From positions 16,890 to 80,889 of the IMG/VR virus record IMGVR_UViG_3300020042_013351: a stretch of DNA of 64,000 nt; one strand, 5' to 3'. Under the pieces are notes generated by a model. That model saw nothing but the letters and a program-made list of their open reading frames with translations, searched no databases and was not told the DNA's origin. Source of the stretch: a virus. Taxonomy: Duplodnaviria; Caudoviricetes. The position numbers and the translations under genes were made by a program. Below are positions 49,380 to 57,415 of this stretch, piece by piece (the stretch's first letter is position 1; the number at the start of each line of letters is the position of its first letter).

Positions 49380-49982
49380 ATGAACTATAATTTACTAATA
49401 CGGGATGATATTGAATGTTACACAGGTGATCTAATTCACTCAAGATTCGCGTACAAGCTGTTGCGCAACAAAGTTTTACCTCATGGCAACATTGTAGCAT
49501 TCCGAGCACCTATGCTTGTAGAAGCAGATGGTATGATTGACTTGGAAGATGTTTTGAGCAATGATTTCATTTACAGCAAAGATGCAATCAACTTCTGTTG
49601 GGAGATTCCTAACTTAGAAGCATTTGGTGCAGTAGCATTTCAACGATTGCTCAACACGCAGATTGCCAACATTCTGTACAACATCATCAAAAAGCCCATT
49701 GAAGTCAATGGCGATGACTTGATGGTTGTGGATGAGTTTGAAGGCAGTGATGGACAGTTGCACAGCAAAGGCAAATGCTCTGTCAGTATCACGTATGTCA
49801 AGAATGGAGCTGCATTGGGTCATACAGGCATCAACATTGATGCAGGCAACAAAGCTCCTGGATTTGCATACTCAACTCATTTGACACATGTGCAAAGCCA
49901 AGAGTTCATGCACAAAGTCATTGATGTATTCACGCAATTAGTGGACAGCATTTTTGTAGCTACGACCAAGGTCATTGCATGA
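49380..49982 (+). CDS. DUF366-like protein (biotin/lipoate ligase-like fold)
   Basis: MIDLED, FQRL, GDDL, GKCSVSI, HTGINI resemble DUF366; TTGAAA-N16-CATAAT-N5-ATG. Confidence 0.7.
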   Translation: MNYNLLIRDDIECYTGDLIHSRFAYKLLRNKVLPHGNIVAFRAPMLVEADGMIDLEDVLSNDFIYSKDAINFCWEIPNLEAFGAVAFQRLLNTQIANILYNIIKKPIEVNGDDLMVVDEFEGSDGQLHSKGKCSVSITYVKNGAALGHTGINIDAGNKAPGFAYSTHLTHVQSQEFMHKVIDVFTQLVDSIFVATTKVIA

Positions 49983-50365
49983 ACATATTTGACATCATAG
50001 GTTCCATCCTGGTCAACAAAAAGAAGATTGAACTCAACCTTGACAACGAGGGAGAGTTCAATCTGTATATGACCAACAGATGGCTCAGCATGTATTCAGC
50101 TCCTGTTGCTAAACTCATCAATGATACCATCAACAAATGGTGGACCGTATTTGACAGCAAGCAAGACCAATACGATTTCTTGTATCATTTGATGCCCCGC
50201 TGCAAATTCAAACGCATTCAATACATCAAAAAGACCAAGAAAGAAAAACCAGATGCAGAGTCCAAAGAAGATTACTCTGCATTGGCTGCACAAAGCATGT
50301 GCATCAGCATCAGAGAAATTAAAATGTATCAGCAACAAGTTGAACAACTGCAGCTAAAAAATTAA
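49979..50365 (+). CDS. clamp loader small subunit (T4 gp62-like)
   Basis: FNLYMTNRWLS, QYDFL, basic KRIQYIKK pattern. Confidence 0.65.
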   Translation: MNIFDIIGSILVNKKKIELNLDNEGEFNLYMTNRWLSMYSAPVAKLINDTINKWWTVFDSKQDQYDFLYHLMPRCKFKRIQYIKKTKKEKPDAESKEDYSALAAQSMCISIREIKMYQQQVEQLQLKN

Positions 50366-50417
50366 ATGCAGTACTATTGATCAGTTGCATCAGCAAACTG
50401 TTGTTGTAAATAGTTGC

Positions 50418-50828
50418 ATGCCCGCAGACATTGACCAACTAGAAACCTCCCGCAGCCTCATTGACTTACAAGCTCACAGCCAAGGAGATTTTGGCAATGA
50501 GTTGCAAGATTACAGCCTCAGATTCATCATTGATGATGTGATGCTGGTGGAATATGTTGATGTATCTGCTGATGGCAAAGAAATTTTACGCAATGGCATT
50601 TTTGTACCAGTCAATGCTGTAACCAAAGCATGGCGCAAAGCCAAAGTTGTTTTGGCAGGACCTGGTGTCAAGTATGCCAAAGTTGGTGATGTTGTTGTTT
50701 TTCCCAATGACAAAGGCATTCCAGTTTCCAACATTGCAGTGCATGGATATGGCAAAGTCAGGAATGGCATTTTCTTGAATGAGCAACGCATCTTTGGCAT
50801 TTGTGAACCCTTGACCAATGAACAGTGA
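50418..50828 (+). CDS. GroES-like co-chaperonin
   Basis: AKVVLAGPGVKYAKVGDVVVF; TAAATA-N5-ATG at 50418. Confidence 0.7.
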   Translation: MPADIDQLETSRSLIDLQAHSQGDFGNELQDYSLRFIIDDVMLVEYVDVSADGKEILRNGIFVPVNAVTKAWRKAKVVLAGPGVKYAKVGDVVVFPNDKGIPVSNIAVHGYGKVRNGIFLNEQRIFGICEPLTNEQ

Positions 50829-51189
50829 TGAATTGCAACGCATTCTTCTTGCCAATGTTGCAGAGGTAAAATTTACCAGAAGAAGGCCCAAACCAGGCTT
50901 TCCTGCAACACGACGCATGTTGTGTACCAACAATGCAGAATTGTTGCGCGGTGCCAATGGCAAGATTGTGCTGCATTATGAATCAGCACGACAGTTGCCC
51001 AAGTTCAATCCCAAAGAAAAGAATTTAGTCATCACTTGGGATATTTTCATGCAGGATTACAGATGCATCAATGCTGATTCTGCAACCATCATCAGAACAA
51101 TTGCAGCCAATGATGAGTTTTGGAATTACTTCAATGAACATTTGTTGGCCATGTCACCAACACAAAAATTAGCTTTCATCAACTCATGA
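50818..51189 (+). CDS. SH3-like beta-barrel protein (WYL_2/DUF2693-like)
   Basis: VKFTRR...RRMLCT...WDIFMQDYR. Confidence 0.6.
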   Translation: MNSDELQRILLANVAEVKFTRRRPKPGFPATRRMLCTNNAELLRGANGKIVLHYESARQLPKFNPKEKNLVITWDIFMQDYRCINADSATIIRTIAANDEFWNYFNEHLLAMSPTQKLAFINS

Positions 51190-51539
51190 TAATCATTGAA
51201 CATGTAGATAAACTTTTGAGCAGCATGCTGCAATACAACTTGTCATTTGAACTGGAAGGCAAGCAAATTCGCAAAGGTAAACTCATTTTGTATGCCATAA
51301 AAGATTTTCATTTGCATTTGATGCTGCAAATTGATAAAGATGAAATGAAGCAATTCATTGTACCATTTCCATTCAACATTTACAGAACAGCAGATGGCAT
51401 AAATTTGGATTATACATTGGATACACTGGCCAACAACAACAGTGACTTGTTGCTGAAGCTCAAAACTTTGACACGCAAAAAGAATACCAGATTTTTTAAT
51501 GCAGTAATCAATTGCAAAATAATCAGACCCAAGCTATAG
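51186..51539 (+). CDS. hypothetical protein
   Basis: 117-aa ORF with ATGA overlap. Confidence 0.6.
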   Translation: MIIIEHVDKLLSSMLQYNLSFELEGKQIRKGKLILYAIKDFHLHLMLQIDKDEMKQFIVPFPFNIYRTADGINLDYTLDTLANNNSDLLLKLKTLTRKKNTRFFNAVINCKIIRPKL

Positions 51540-51545
51540 TGTGTA

Positions 51546-53159
51546 ATGATATCATTCGTTGAGCATTTTCCTGAAAATTACACACCTACACCAGAACAAC
51601 ACCAGGTTCTGGATCAACTGACACAAGCATTTGAAAAGCACAAGTTTGTAATCTGCTGTGCTCCAACTGGCAGTGGCAAAAGTTTCATCAGCAAAGCCAT
51701 TGCCAATGCCAGCATCAAACCAACACCAGAGTTTGTACGACTCATTGAATCATATGATGCATTCAAGAGTGAAGCAGGCTGTTACACTTATGAAGATGAA
51801 TGTTTGGCAGAGCCAGTGTTTGGTGCTGCAGCATTGACCATCACCAAGCAGCTGCAAGATCAATATCAGCAATTGTTTCAAGATACCAAAGTCATCAAAG
51901 GCAAGAGCAACTATGTGTGTGCTGTTGACAGCAATTTTTCAGTTGATGTAGCGCCATGCACGTACATGCCCAAGCTCAAACAAGACTGCTGGCGCAACAA
52001 TGTATGTCCTTATTATACAGCTCGCAATCAAGCACTCACCAACAAATTTGCTGCTTTCAACTACAGCATGTTCATGGCATTGCCGCATCACGTCAAGCGC
52101 AAACAATATTTGATTTGTGATGAAGCAGCTGAGTTGGAGGATGAATTGGTCAAACATTTCTCAGTTGAAGTCAATGCCAAGACCTTGAAATTCTTGCTGC
52201 CTAAATTCAATAACTTTGTGGATGTTGACAATGCAATCAAGGTCAAGCAATACTTGAGTGAGATGTCAACATTGCTGCATGAGTTGTGTGAAGAACTCAA
52301 AAGCAAAGTTGCAAAAAAGGCAACAGCCATGGACATCTCCAAGTTGCAACAAGCTCGCAACATCAAAGAGCAAATCAATACAGCCATTGAAAATTGGGGC
52401 AAAGCAGAATACATCTGTGAAAAAACCAAAACAGGCATCATTGTGCAACCACTCAAAGTAGACAATTTGAGCAGTGCATTGTTTTGCAATGCTGACAAGG
52501 TGCTGCTCATGTCAGCTACCATCATTGATCCTGCAAATTATGCTAAATCATTGGGCATTACAGACTATGAATACATTGAACTGCCCAGCGCATTTGATGC
52601 AAACAAGGCGCCCATTTATTGCATGAGCAAGTACAAGATGAACAGAGACAACTGGCTCAAGCTCATGCCAACGTTCAAACAGATCATTGATCAGATTTGT
52701 GAACAACACAAGGACCACAAGGGCATTATTCATACACACAACATGGACATCACCAACTACATGAGAGAAAATCTCAAAGGCAACAGGTTTTTGTTTCGTG
52801 AGGATGGAGTAGACAATCAAACCATTTTGGAAATGCATCTGCAGAGTCCATACAACACAGTATTGGTAAGTCCCAGCATGACTCATGGTGTTGATTTGAA
52901 AGATGATTTGGCAAGGTTTCAGATCATAGTCAAAGCACCATTTTTGCCTCTCAACAGCAAACGCATCATGAAGCTGTTCAAAGCTGATGCACAATGGTAT
53001 GCTAACAAAATGCTGACCACAGTCATTCAAGCATCTGGCAGAGGGGTCAGAACCCAAGATGATCATTGCTCAACATACATTTTAGATGGCTGCATTGTGA
53101 GCAGCATCTTGGATAATGCTGATAAAATGCCAAAATATTTCCTCAAGAGATTTCAATGA
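51546..53159 (+). CDS. DinG/XPD-family SF2 helicase with FeS cluster
   Basis: APTGSGKS, four-Cys cluster region, DEAAE, MSATI, QASGRGVR. Confidence 0.88.
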   Translation: MISFVEHFPENYTPTPEQHQVLDQLTQAFEKHKFVICCAPTGSGKSFISKAIANASIKPTPEFVRLIESYDAFKSEAGCYTYEDECLAEPVFGAAALTITKQLQDQYQQLFQDTKVIKGKSNYVCAVDSNFSVDVAPCTYMPKLKQDCWRNNVCPYYTARNQALTNKFAAFNYSMFMALPHHVKRKQYLICDEAAELEDELVKHFSVEVNAKTLKFLLPKFNNFVDVDNAIKVKQYLSEMSTLLHELCEELKSKVAKKATAMDISKLQQARNIKEQINTAIENWGKAEYICEKTKTGIIVQPLKVDNLSSALFCNADKVLLMSATIIDPANYAKSLGITDYEYIELPSAFDANKAPIYCMSKYKMNRDNWLKLMPTFKQIIDQICEQHKDHKGIIHTHNMDITNYMRENLKGNRFLFREDGVDNQTILEMHLQSPYNTVLVSPSMTHGVDLKDDLARFQIIVKAPFLPLNSKRIMKLFKADAQWYANKMLTTVIQASGRGVRTQDDHCSTYILDGCIVSSILDNADKMPKYFLKRFQ

Positions 53160-53764
53160 AAACAACACACATACCATATCACCAACTTGTTGATGCAACA
53201 GCATTTGAGCAAGCCATTCAAGGTGCTGTCAATGCTGTCAAGTCAGCTGTTGAACAATACAACATCAACAGTGATGCAGTGGATCAGCAGCTGCTCAAAC
53301 AACGTTCTCAAGAGTATACCAGCAAAGAATATTTGATGCAGCAAATTGAAAATCAAAATGATGTTAATGTTGCTGAAAAGCGCAACTTGTACAACTTCAA
53401 GCAAATGCGTGTCAATGAAGCACTTGTTCCATTTGTACAGCAAATGTATCCAGACTTGTGCATCAAGTCCAGTGGTTTTTTTGTGTATCCAGCTAATCAT
53501 GGTTTCATGTCATGGCACACCAATTCTGATGCACCTGGCAAAAGAATTTATATAGCATATGCAGAACAAGATGCTAAATCTTTTTTCAGATACTATGATG
53601 CTGACAACAGTCAAATGATTACATCTTGGGATACTCAAGGCATCAATGTTAGAGAATTTCATGTAGACAGTCAAGACCTTTTGTGGCATTGTGTGTATGC
53701 AGAGTGCAACAGATACAGTTTTGGTTTCAGAGCAATGACTCATGAACAAATGATTTATGCGTGA
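53156..53764 (+). CDS. 2OG-Fe(II) oxygenase / cupin-like protein
   Basis: GFMSWHTNSD, WHCV, RYSFGF. Confidence 0.65.
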   Translation: MKTTHIPYHQLVDATAFEQAIQGAVNAVKSAVEQYNINSDAVDQQLLKQRSQEYTSKEYLMQQIENQNDVNVAEKRNLYNFKQMRVNEALVPFVQQMYPDLCIKSSGFFVYPANHGFMSWHTNSDAPGKRIYIAYAEQDAKSFFRYYDADNSQMITSWDTQGINVREFHVDSQDLLWHCVYAECNRYSFGFRAMTHEQMIYA

Positions 53765-53793
53765 TTTTTTGTTGCATTGAACTAAATAATTTT

Positions 53794-54015
53794 ATGAACG
53801 ATCCACAATACTACCTCAAGCCACAAGGCAAAGACTCTTATAAACTATGCTGTGGTGGCAACAACTGCCCACAAGTAACCAGATTAGACAGTGATACTGT
53901 AGAAATTCAAGATGATGATGGCAACAAGGTAACCATCAAAAATGGTCAAGCCAAGCTCATTGCTGATGCAGTCAAATCATTGGAGGACAACAAAAATGAG
54001 CTACTACTTGGTTAG
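53794..54015 (+). CDS. small hypothetical protein
   Basis: TAAATA-N5-ATG at 53794; CCGGNNCP motif. Confidence 0.6.
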   Translation: MNDPQYYLKPQGKDSYKLCCGGNNCPQVTRLDSDTVEIQDDDGNKVTIKNGQAKLIADAVKSLEDNKNELLLG

Positions 54016-54304
54016 TTGCATTGGCTTGACATTTTTGCTCAAGTATGCGAAAATTCTCAAGCATTGCAGAGACCATTGGACAAACAAAGATGAATTTTTC
54101 AAAGATTTGTTTGGATGTTCTTTGTGTTTGGGCTTTTGGGCAGGAATGATGCACATTCCATTTATATCTTTGTGCGATGGCGCTGACTTGAAACTTTTGT
54201 TGTTGCCAACCATCAGCGCTGCAACATCATGGTTTGCAGACAGTGCATTGCAAATGATTCAAGCTTTGGAATTATACTTGATGAAGCAAGTGCGCAAAGA
54301 TTAA
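53996..54304 (+). CDS. membrane protein (DUF1360-like)
   Basis: LFGCSLCLGFWAG with hydrophobic helices. Confidence 0.6.
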   Translation: MSYYLVSCIGLTFLLKYAKILKHCRDHWTNKDEFFKDLFGCSLCLGFWAGMMHIPFISLCDGADLKLLLLPTISAATSWFADSALQMIQALELYLMKQVRKD

Positions 54305-54639
54305 TGCATTGACTTGATGTCACTCAACAAAGATTCAAGCTGACCAATGGCATATGTCATATCAGGTTGACTTTGTCTGATGTTCTCAATGCGTTGTTCA
54401 ATGAGATGCTCAATGCCATCAATGATCTTGCGAACACTCATGGGCTTCTCTTCTGATTCAGAAGGAGTATAAGCTCTGTTGGTCTCACTGCTGCCGCTGG
54501 TGAGACCCAATCCAAGATTGGCTGTATGAATGTTGTCAGCGACACGTCTGCCTCCTGCATTTTGTTGTTGTGTTGAAATGCCGTAATAAGAGCCTTCTTG
54601 AATGCGTTGAACTAAGACGTTGAAATTCATATAATGCAT
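54301..54639 (-). CDS. hypothetical protein
   Basis: 112-aa ORF; TAAATA upstream; start at 54639 or 54630. Confidence 0.55.
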   Translation of the reverse strand: MHYMNFNVLVQRIQEGSYYGISTQQQNAGGRRVADNIHTANLGLGLTSGSSETNRAYTPSESEEKPMSVRKIIDGIEHLIEQRIENIRQSQPDMTYAIGQLESLLSDIKSMH

Positions 54640-54653
54640 GTATATTTATAGCT

Positions 54654-55112
54654 ATGAACAAGCATTATGCATCTTGGCAAGAAATTCATGATAGTTGCTG
54701 CAACATACACATGCAACTCAAAAATGAAAACAAACAGTATGACTACATCATTGGCGTTTTGAGAGGTGGAGCAGTTCCTGCTACCATTTTGTCTCATTTG
54801 TTCAATTGCAAATTGCATGTCATTGGCATCAAGACATATGATGACACTGAACAAACTGACCGTGCAGAATTTTATGCCATTGATCCTGCATTTTATGCCA
54901 ACTGCTTTTACAAACGACTGCTCATTGTGGATGACATTTGTGATTCTGGCAACAGCTTGAAACTGCTGCAACAGTTCTTTCATGAGAAAACACACAAGCC
55001 AGTGGACACTGCTACCATTTACTGGAAACCCACCAGTCATGTCAAGCCACATTACTACGTGCATGAAGCTCATGAATGGATTCACTTTCCATGGGAAGTG
55101 AAAAAAGATTGA
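54654..55112 (+). CDS. purine phosphoribosyltransferase (Gpt/Hpt-like)
   Basis: GVLRGGAVP, LIVDDICDSGNSL, WIHFPWE. Confidence 0.88.
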   Translation: MNKHYASWQEIHDSCCNIHMQLKNENKQYDYIIGVLRGGAVPATILSHLFNCKLHVIGIKTYDDTEQTDRAEFYAIDPAFYANCFYKRLLIVDDICDSGNSLKLLQQFFHEKTHKPVDTATIYWKPTSHVKPHYYVHEAHEWIHFPWEVKKD

Positions 55113-55163
55113 AAAAATAGTAGAAACCAGTTGAAATGACCATAAATAGACTATACATTCGCT

Positions 55164-55313
55164 ATGAGCAACAAATTACACAAAACAAACCAACGACTTC
55201 CGCAAAGAAGTTATTGGAGCGTCTTGTGCGATTCAAGAAGCTCTAGCGGGATGAATCTTATTCAACCTGCTAAAGAAGAAACTGCAGGAAAGTTTGAAAC
55301 TGTAGTTGCCTAA
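55164..55313 (+). CDS. possible leader peptide (49 aa) ahead of the tRNA array
   Basis: My translation MSNKLHKTNQRLPQRSYWSVLCDSRSSSGMNLIQPAKEETAGKFETVVA; overlaps predicted hairpins. Confidence 0.35.
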   Translation: MSNKLHKTNQRLPQRSYWSVLCDSRSSSGMNLIQPAKEETAGKFETVVA

Positions 55314-55573
55314 GTTAGGACACACAGTATAGTATTCAAACAAACAAACAAAGAATAAGGTTCACGACGAGGGATGACCATAACAGCCCAAGGGTTCGCA
55401 GAATGCGACGTAAAGCTAAAAGCTGACAGTATAGTAAAGTATTGGTTTGTAACATTGTTGGTTTAGCAATGTGAGGCTTCCAAGTAAAAGCTGAGTTTAA
55501 ACCATTTTAAGCACATGGGTTTGTAGCACAATTGTGAAGTTGCCCGGGTAGCCCCAAAAACTATCTATTTTAA

Positions 55574-55649
55574 CCCTGTGAAGCAAATCTGGAGATTGCG
55601 CTCGCCTGAAGAGTGAGACGGCAAGGTTCGATTCCTTGCGCAGGGACCA
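55574..55649 (+). tRNA. tRNA-Phe(GAA)
   Basis: Cloverleaf, loop CTGAAGA, 3' CCA. Confidence 0.88.
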
Positions 55650-55654
55650 TTTAT

Positions 55655-55745
55655 GTGTCAGCGGCGAAGTTGGAGTTGTGTCGCGGAGGGCTGTAACCCC
55701 TTTACATAAGAACCATAGTCCGTTCGAATCGGACCTGGCACACCA
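55655..55745 (+). tRNA. tRNA-Tyr(GTA)
   Basis: Loop CTGTAAC, long variable arm, enlarged D-loop, CCA. Confidence 0.88.
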
Positions 55746-55749
55746 TTTC

Positions 55750-55898
55750 GAGTTGGAGATGACGCGCTGTGTTGTCTTTAAAACGCTAACCAACAAGAAC
55801 AAACTAGTTATGCCGCTAGTACTGAAAAGGGCAGCACCTGTTACCTCATGGTAATGGTATGGCTTCTTATTCCGTGAGCCTGATAATCACGGAATAGT
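55750..55898 (+). ncRNA. unidentified structured RNA
   Basis: Three hairpins including a perfect 10-bp stem at 55868-55877/55887-55896; no ORF. Confidence 0.4.
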
Positions 55899-55902
55899 TT
55901 AT

Positions 55903-55994
55903 GGAAGAATGGCTGAGTCTGGCTGAAGGCGGCGCACTTGAAATGCGTTGAGGCCTAAAAACCTCCGTGAGTTCGAATCTCACTTCTTCCTCCA
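55903..55994 (+). tRNA. tRNA-Ser(TGA)
   Basis: Loop CTTGAAA, long variable arm, CCA. Confidence 0.9.
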
Positions 55995-55995
55995 T

Positions 55996-56069
55996 GCGTT
56001 ATGGATGTGATGGCTGCATATGACCTTGCCAAGGTTATCGAATGGGTTCGAATCCCATATAACGCTCCA
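55996..56069 (+). tRNA. tRNA-Gly(GCC)
   Basis: Loop TTGCCAA, CCA. Confidence 0.88.
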
Positions 56070-56077
56070 ATTTTTAT

Positions 56078-56161
56078 GCTGGATTACCCAAGTGGCCAAA
56101 GGGGATGGTTTTGTAAACCATTGCGATAGCTTCGTGAGTTCGAATCTCACATCCAGCTCCA
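56078..56161 (+). tRNA. tRNA-Thr(TGT) with extended variable region
   Basis: Stem ATGGT/ACCAT, loop TTTGTAA, 12-nt variable region, CCA. Confidence 0.8.
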
Positions 56162-56171
56162 ATTTCAAAAA

Positions 56172-56295
56172 GCCGTTTGGAGAAGCTCTAGCGAAGCCTA
56201 TTATGTATATTACGTACGATGTATGCATGATGAATATAGTAAAAACGATTGCAACGTTGATATTATACCAGGTGCAAATCCTGGATCCGGCACGA
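56172..56295 (+). ncRNA. tRNA-like element with long internal insertion
   Basis: T-arm CCAGG-TGCAAAT-CCTGG; partial acceptor GCCG/CGGC; no anticodon arm or CCA. Confidence 0.45.
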
Positions 56296-56304
56296 TTTTC
56301 AAAA

Positions 56305-56379
56305 GCGGTGTAAATGTTAATGGCTGCACACCTGACTTCCAATCAGAAGGAGAGGGTTCGATTCCCTCACACCGCACCA
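56305..56379 (+). tRNA. tRNA-Gly(TCC)
   Basis: Loop CTTCCAA, CCA. Confidence 0.9.
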
Positions 56380-56396
56380 ATTTCAACAGGATATAG
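56379..56396 (+). repeat. 18-bp direct repeat, copy 1 (AATTTCAACAGGATATAG)
   Basis: Identical to 56882-56899; the two copies flank the HNH gene. Confidence 0.85.
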
Positions 56397-56428
56397 CGCA
56401 AATCATACCGACCCGACTAAATATATGT

Positions 56429-56899
56429 ATGACTATTAAGTGTACATGCTGTAAAAAAGATATAGTAAGATGGAAGTATGAAATTGACAAGATCAAAGAT
56501 ATAAATGCTTATTGTTGTAAGCAATGCAAATCTGAACAATCTAAAGAAGTAAGGGTATGTCCTGTATGCAATGAAAGCTTTTCTGTATACAAGAAAGAGA
56601 AAAAAATAACATGCTCTTATTCTTGCGCAAATAAACATTTTAGAATGGGGGAAAATCACGGAAATTGGAAGCAAGATGCTTATAGAAGCACTTGCTTTCT
56701 TTATCATAAAAAGCAATGCATAATTTGCAATGAAAGTAATATTGTTGAAGTACACCATTATAATGAGAATCATGATGATAATTCACCTGAAAATTTAGTA
56801 CCATTATGCCCTACTCATCACACATATATGCATAGTAGGTTTAAGACAACAATTTCTTCAATTGTAGATGAATATGTTAATAATTTCAACAGGATATAG
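56429..56899 (+). mobile_element. free-standing HNH homing endonuclease gene
   Basis: CIICNESNIVEVHH...N...NLVPLCPTHH; N-terminal Zn fingers; flanked by the direct repeat. Confidence 0.85.
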
Positions 56900-56966
56900 T
56901 TGTAGCCTGGTAGCACACTAGATTTGGGATCTAGAAGCGCGAGTTCAAATCTCGCTATCCTGACCA
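56890..56966 (+). tRNA. tRNA-Pro(TGG)
   Basis: Acceptor CAGGATA/TATCCTG, loop TTTGGGA, CCA; overlaps the HNH stop codon. Confidence 0.88.
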
Positions 56967-57058
56967 ATTTATAAGATCGGCCCGGAGCATACCCGATAAA
57001 AAGGACACTTAGAAAGAAACCTTCGCATAGCGAAAACTTACCAAAGACCGGCCCATAT

Positions 57059-57150
57059 GGAGAGTTAACTAGCCGAGGCGCTAGAGATGTTTGCTAAACA
57101 TCATGCACTTCCCTAAGAGGTGTGCGGGGCAGGACCGCAGCTCTCCTCCA
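57059..57150 (+). tRNA. tRNA-Ser(GCT)
   Basis: Loop TTGCTAA, long variable arm, non-canonical T-loop, CCA. Confidence 0.82.
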
Positions 57151-57155
57151 TTTTT

Positions 57156-57232
57156 GTAGAGCAGCAATGCTAGTGTGCGGCCGAAAGACTGATGGTGGGG
57201 CGTTTCGGGTAAAACCTCGCGACCATCCTACA
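57156..57232 (+). ncRNA. unidentified small structured RNA
   Basis: Closing stem GTAG/CTAC, GNRA hairpin AGCA-GCAA-TGCT, stem GATGGT/ACCATC. Confidence 0.4.
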
Positions 57233-57246
57233 ATTCAATTTTTATT

Positions 57247-57323
57247 CGGGTGGTGTCTGGACAAGTAAACGAACTCGGTTTGGATCCGAGTATATGTGGG
57301 AGCGTTACCCACTCACCCGACCA
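57247..57323 (+). tRNA. tRNA-Pro(TGG), second copy
   Basis: Loop TTTGGAT, atypical T-loop AGCGTTA, CCA. Confidence 0.8.
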
Positions 57324-57332
57324 ATTTCAAAT

Positions 57333-57404
57333 GCCCCTGTAGCTGAGCAGCTTTAGCAATGGACCGATAAACCATAGACGTTGGTGCAAATCCAACTAGG
57401 GGTG
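57333..57404 (+). tRNA. tRNA-Ile(GAT), atypical or pseudo
   Basis: Loop CCGATAA (C33), mismatch in the anticodon stem, no encoded CCA. Confidence 0.6.
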
Positions 57405-57415
57405 CAAATTTCAAA

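Noticed and set aside
55200-55570. tmRNA (tag-like reading AKEETAGKFETVVA-stop)
   Set aside because: No tRNA-like domain with a G3:U70 acceptor, T-arm and CCA flanks it; the peptide is the end of a 49-codon ATG-initiated ORF.
57156-57232. Hammerhead ribozyme (CTGATG and GAAA present)
   Set aside because: The core would need CUGAUGA and correctly ordered GAAA/UH with three stems; the order and sequence do not fit.
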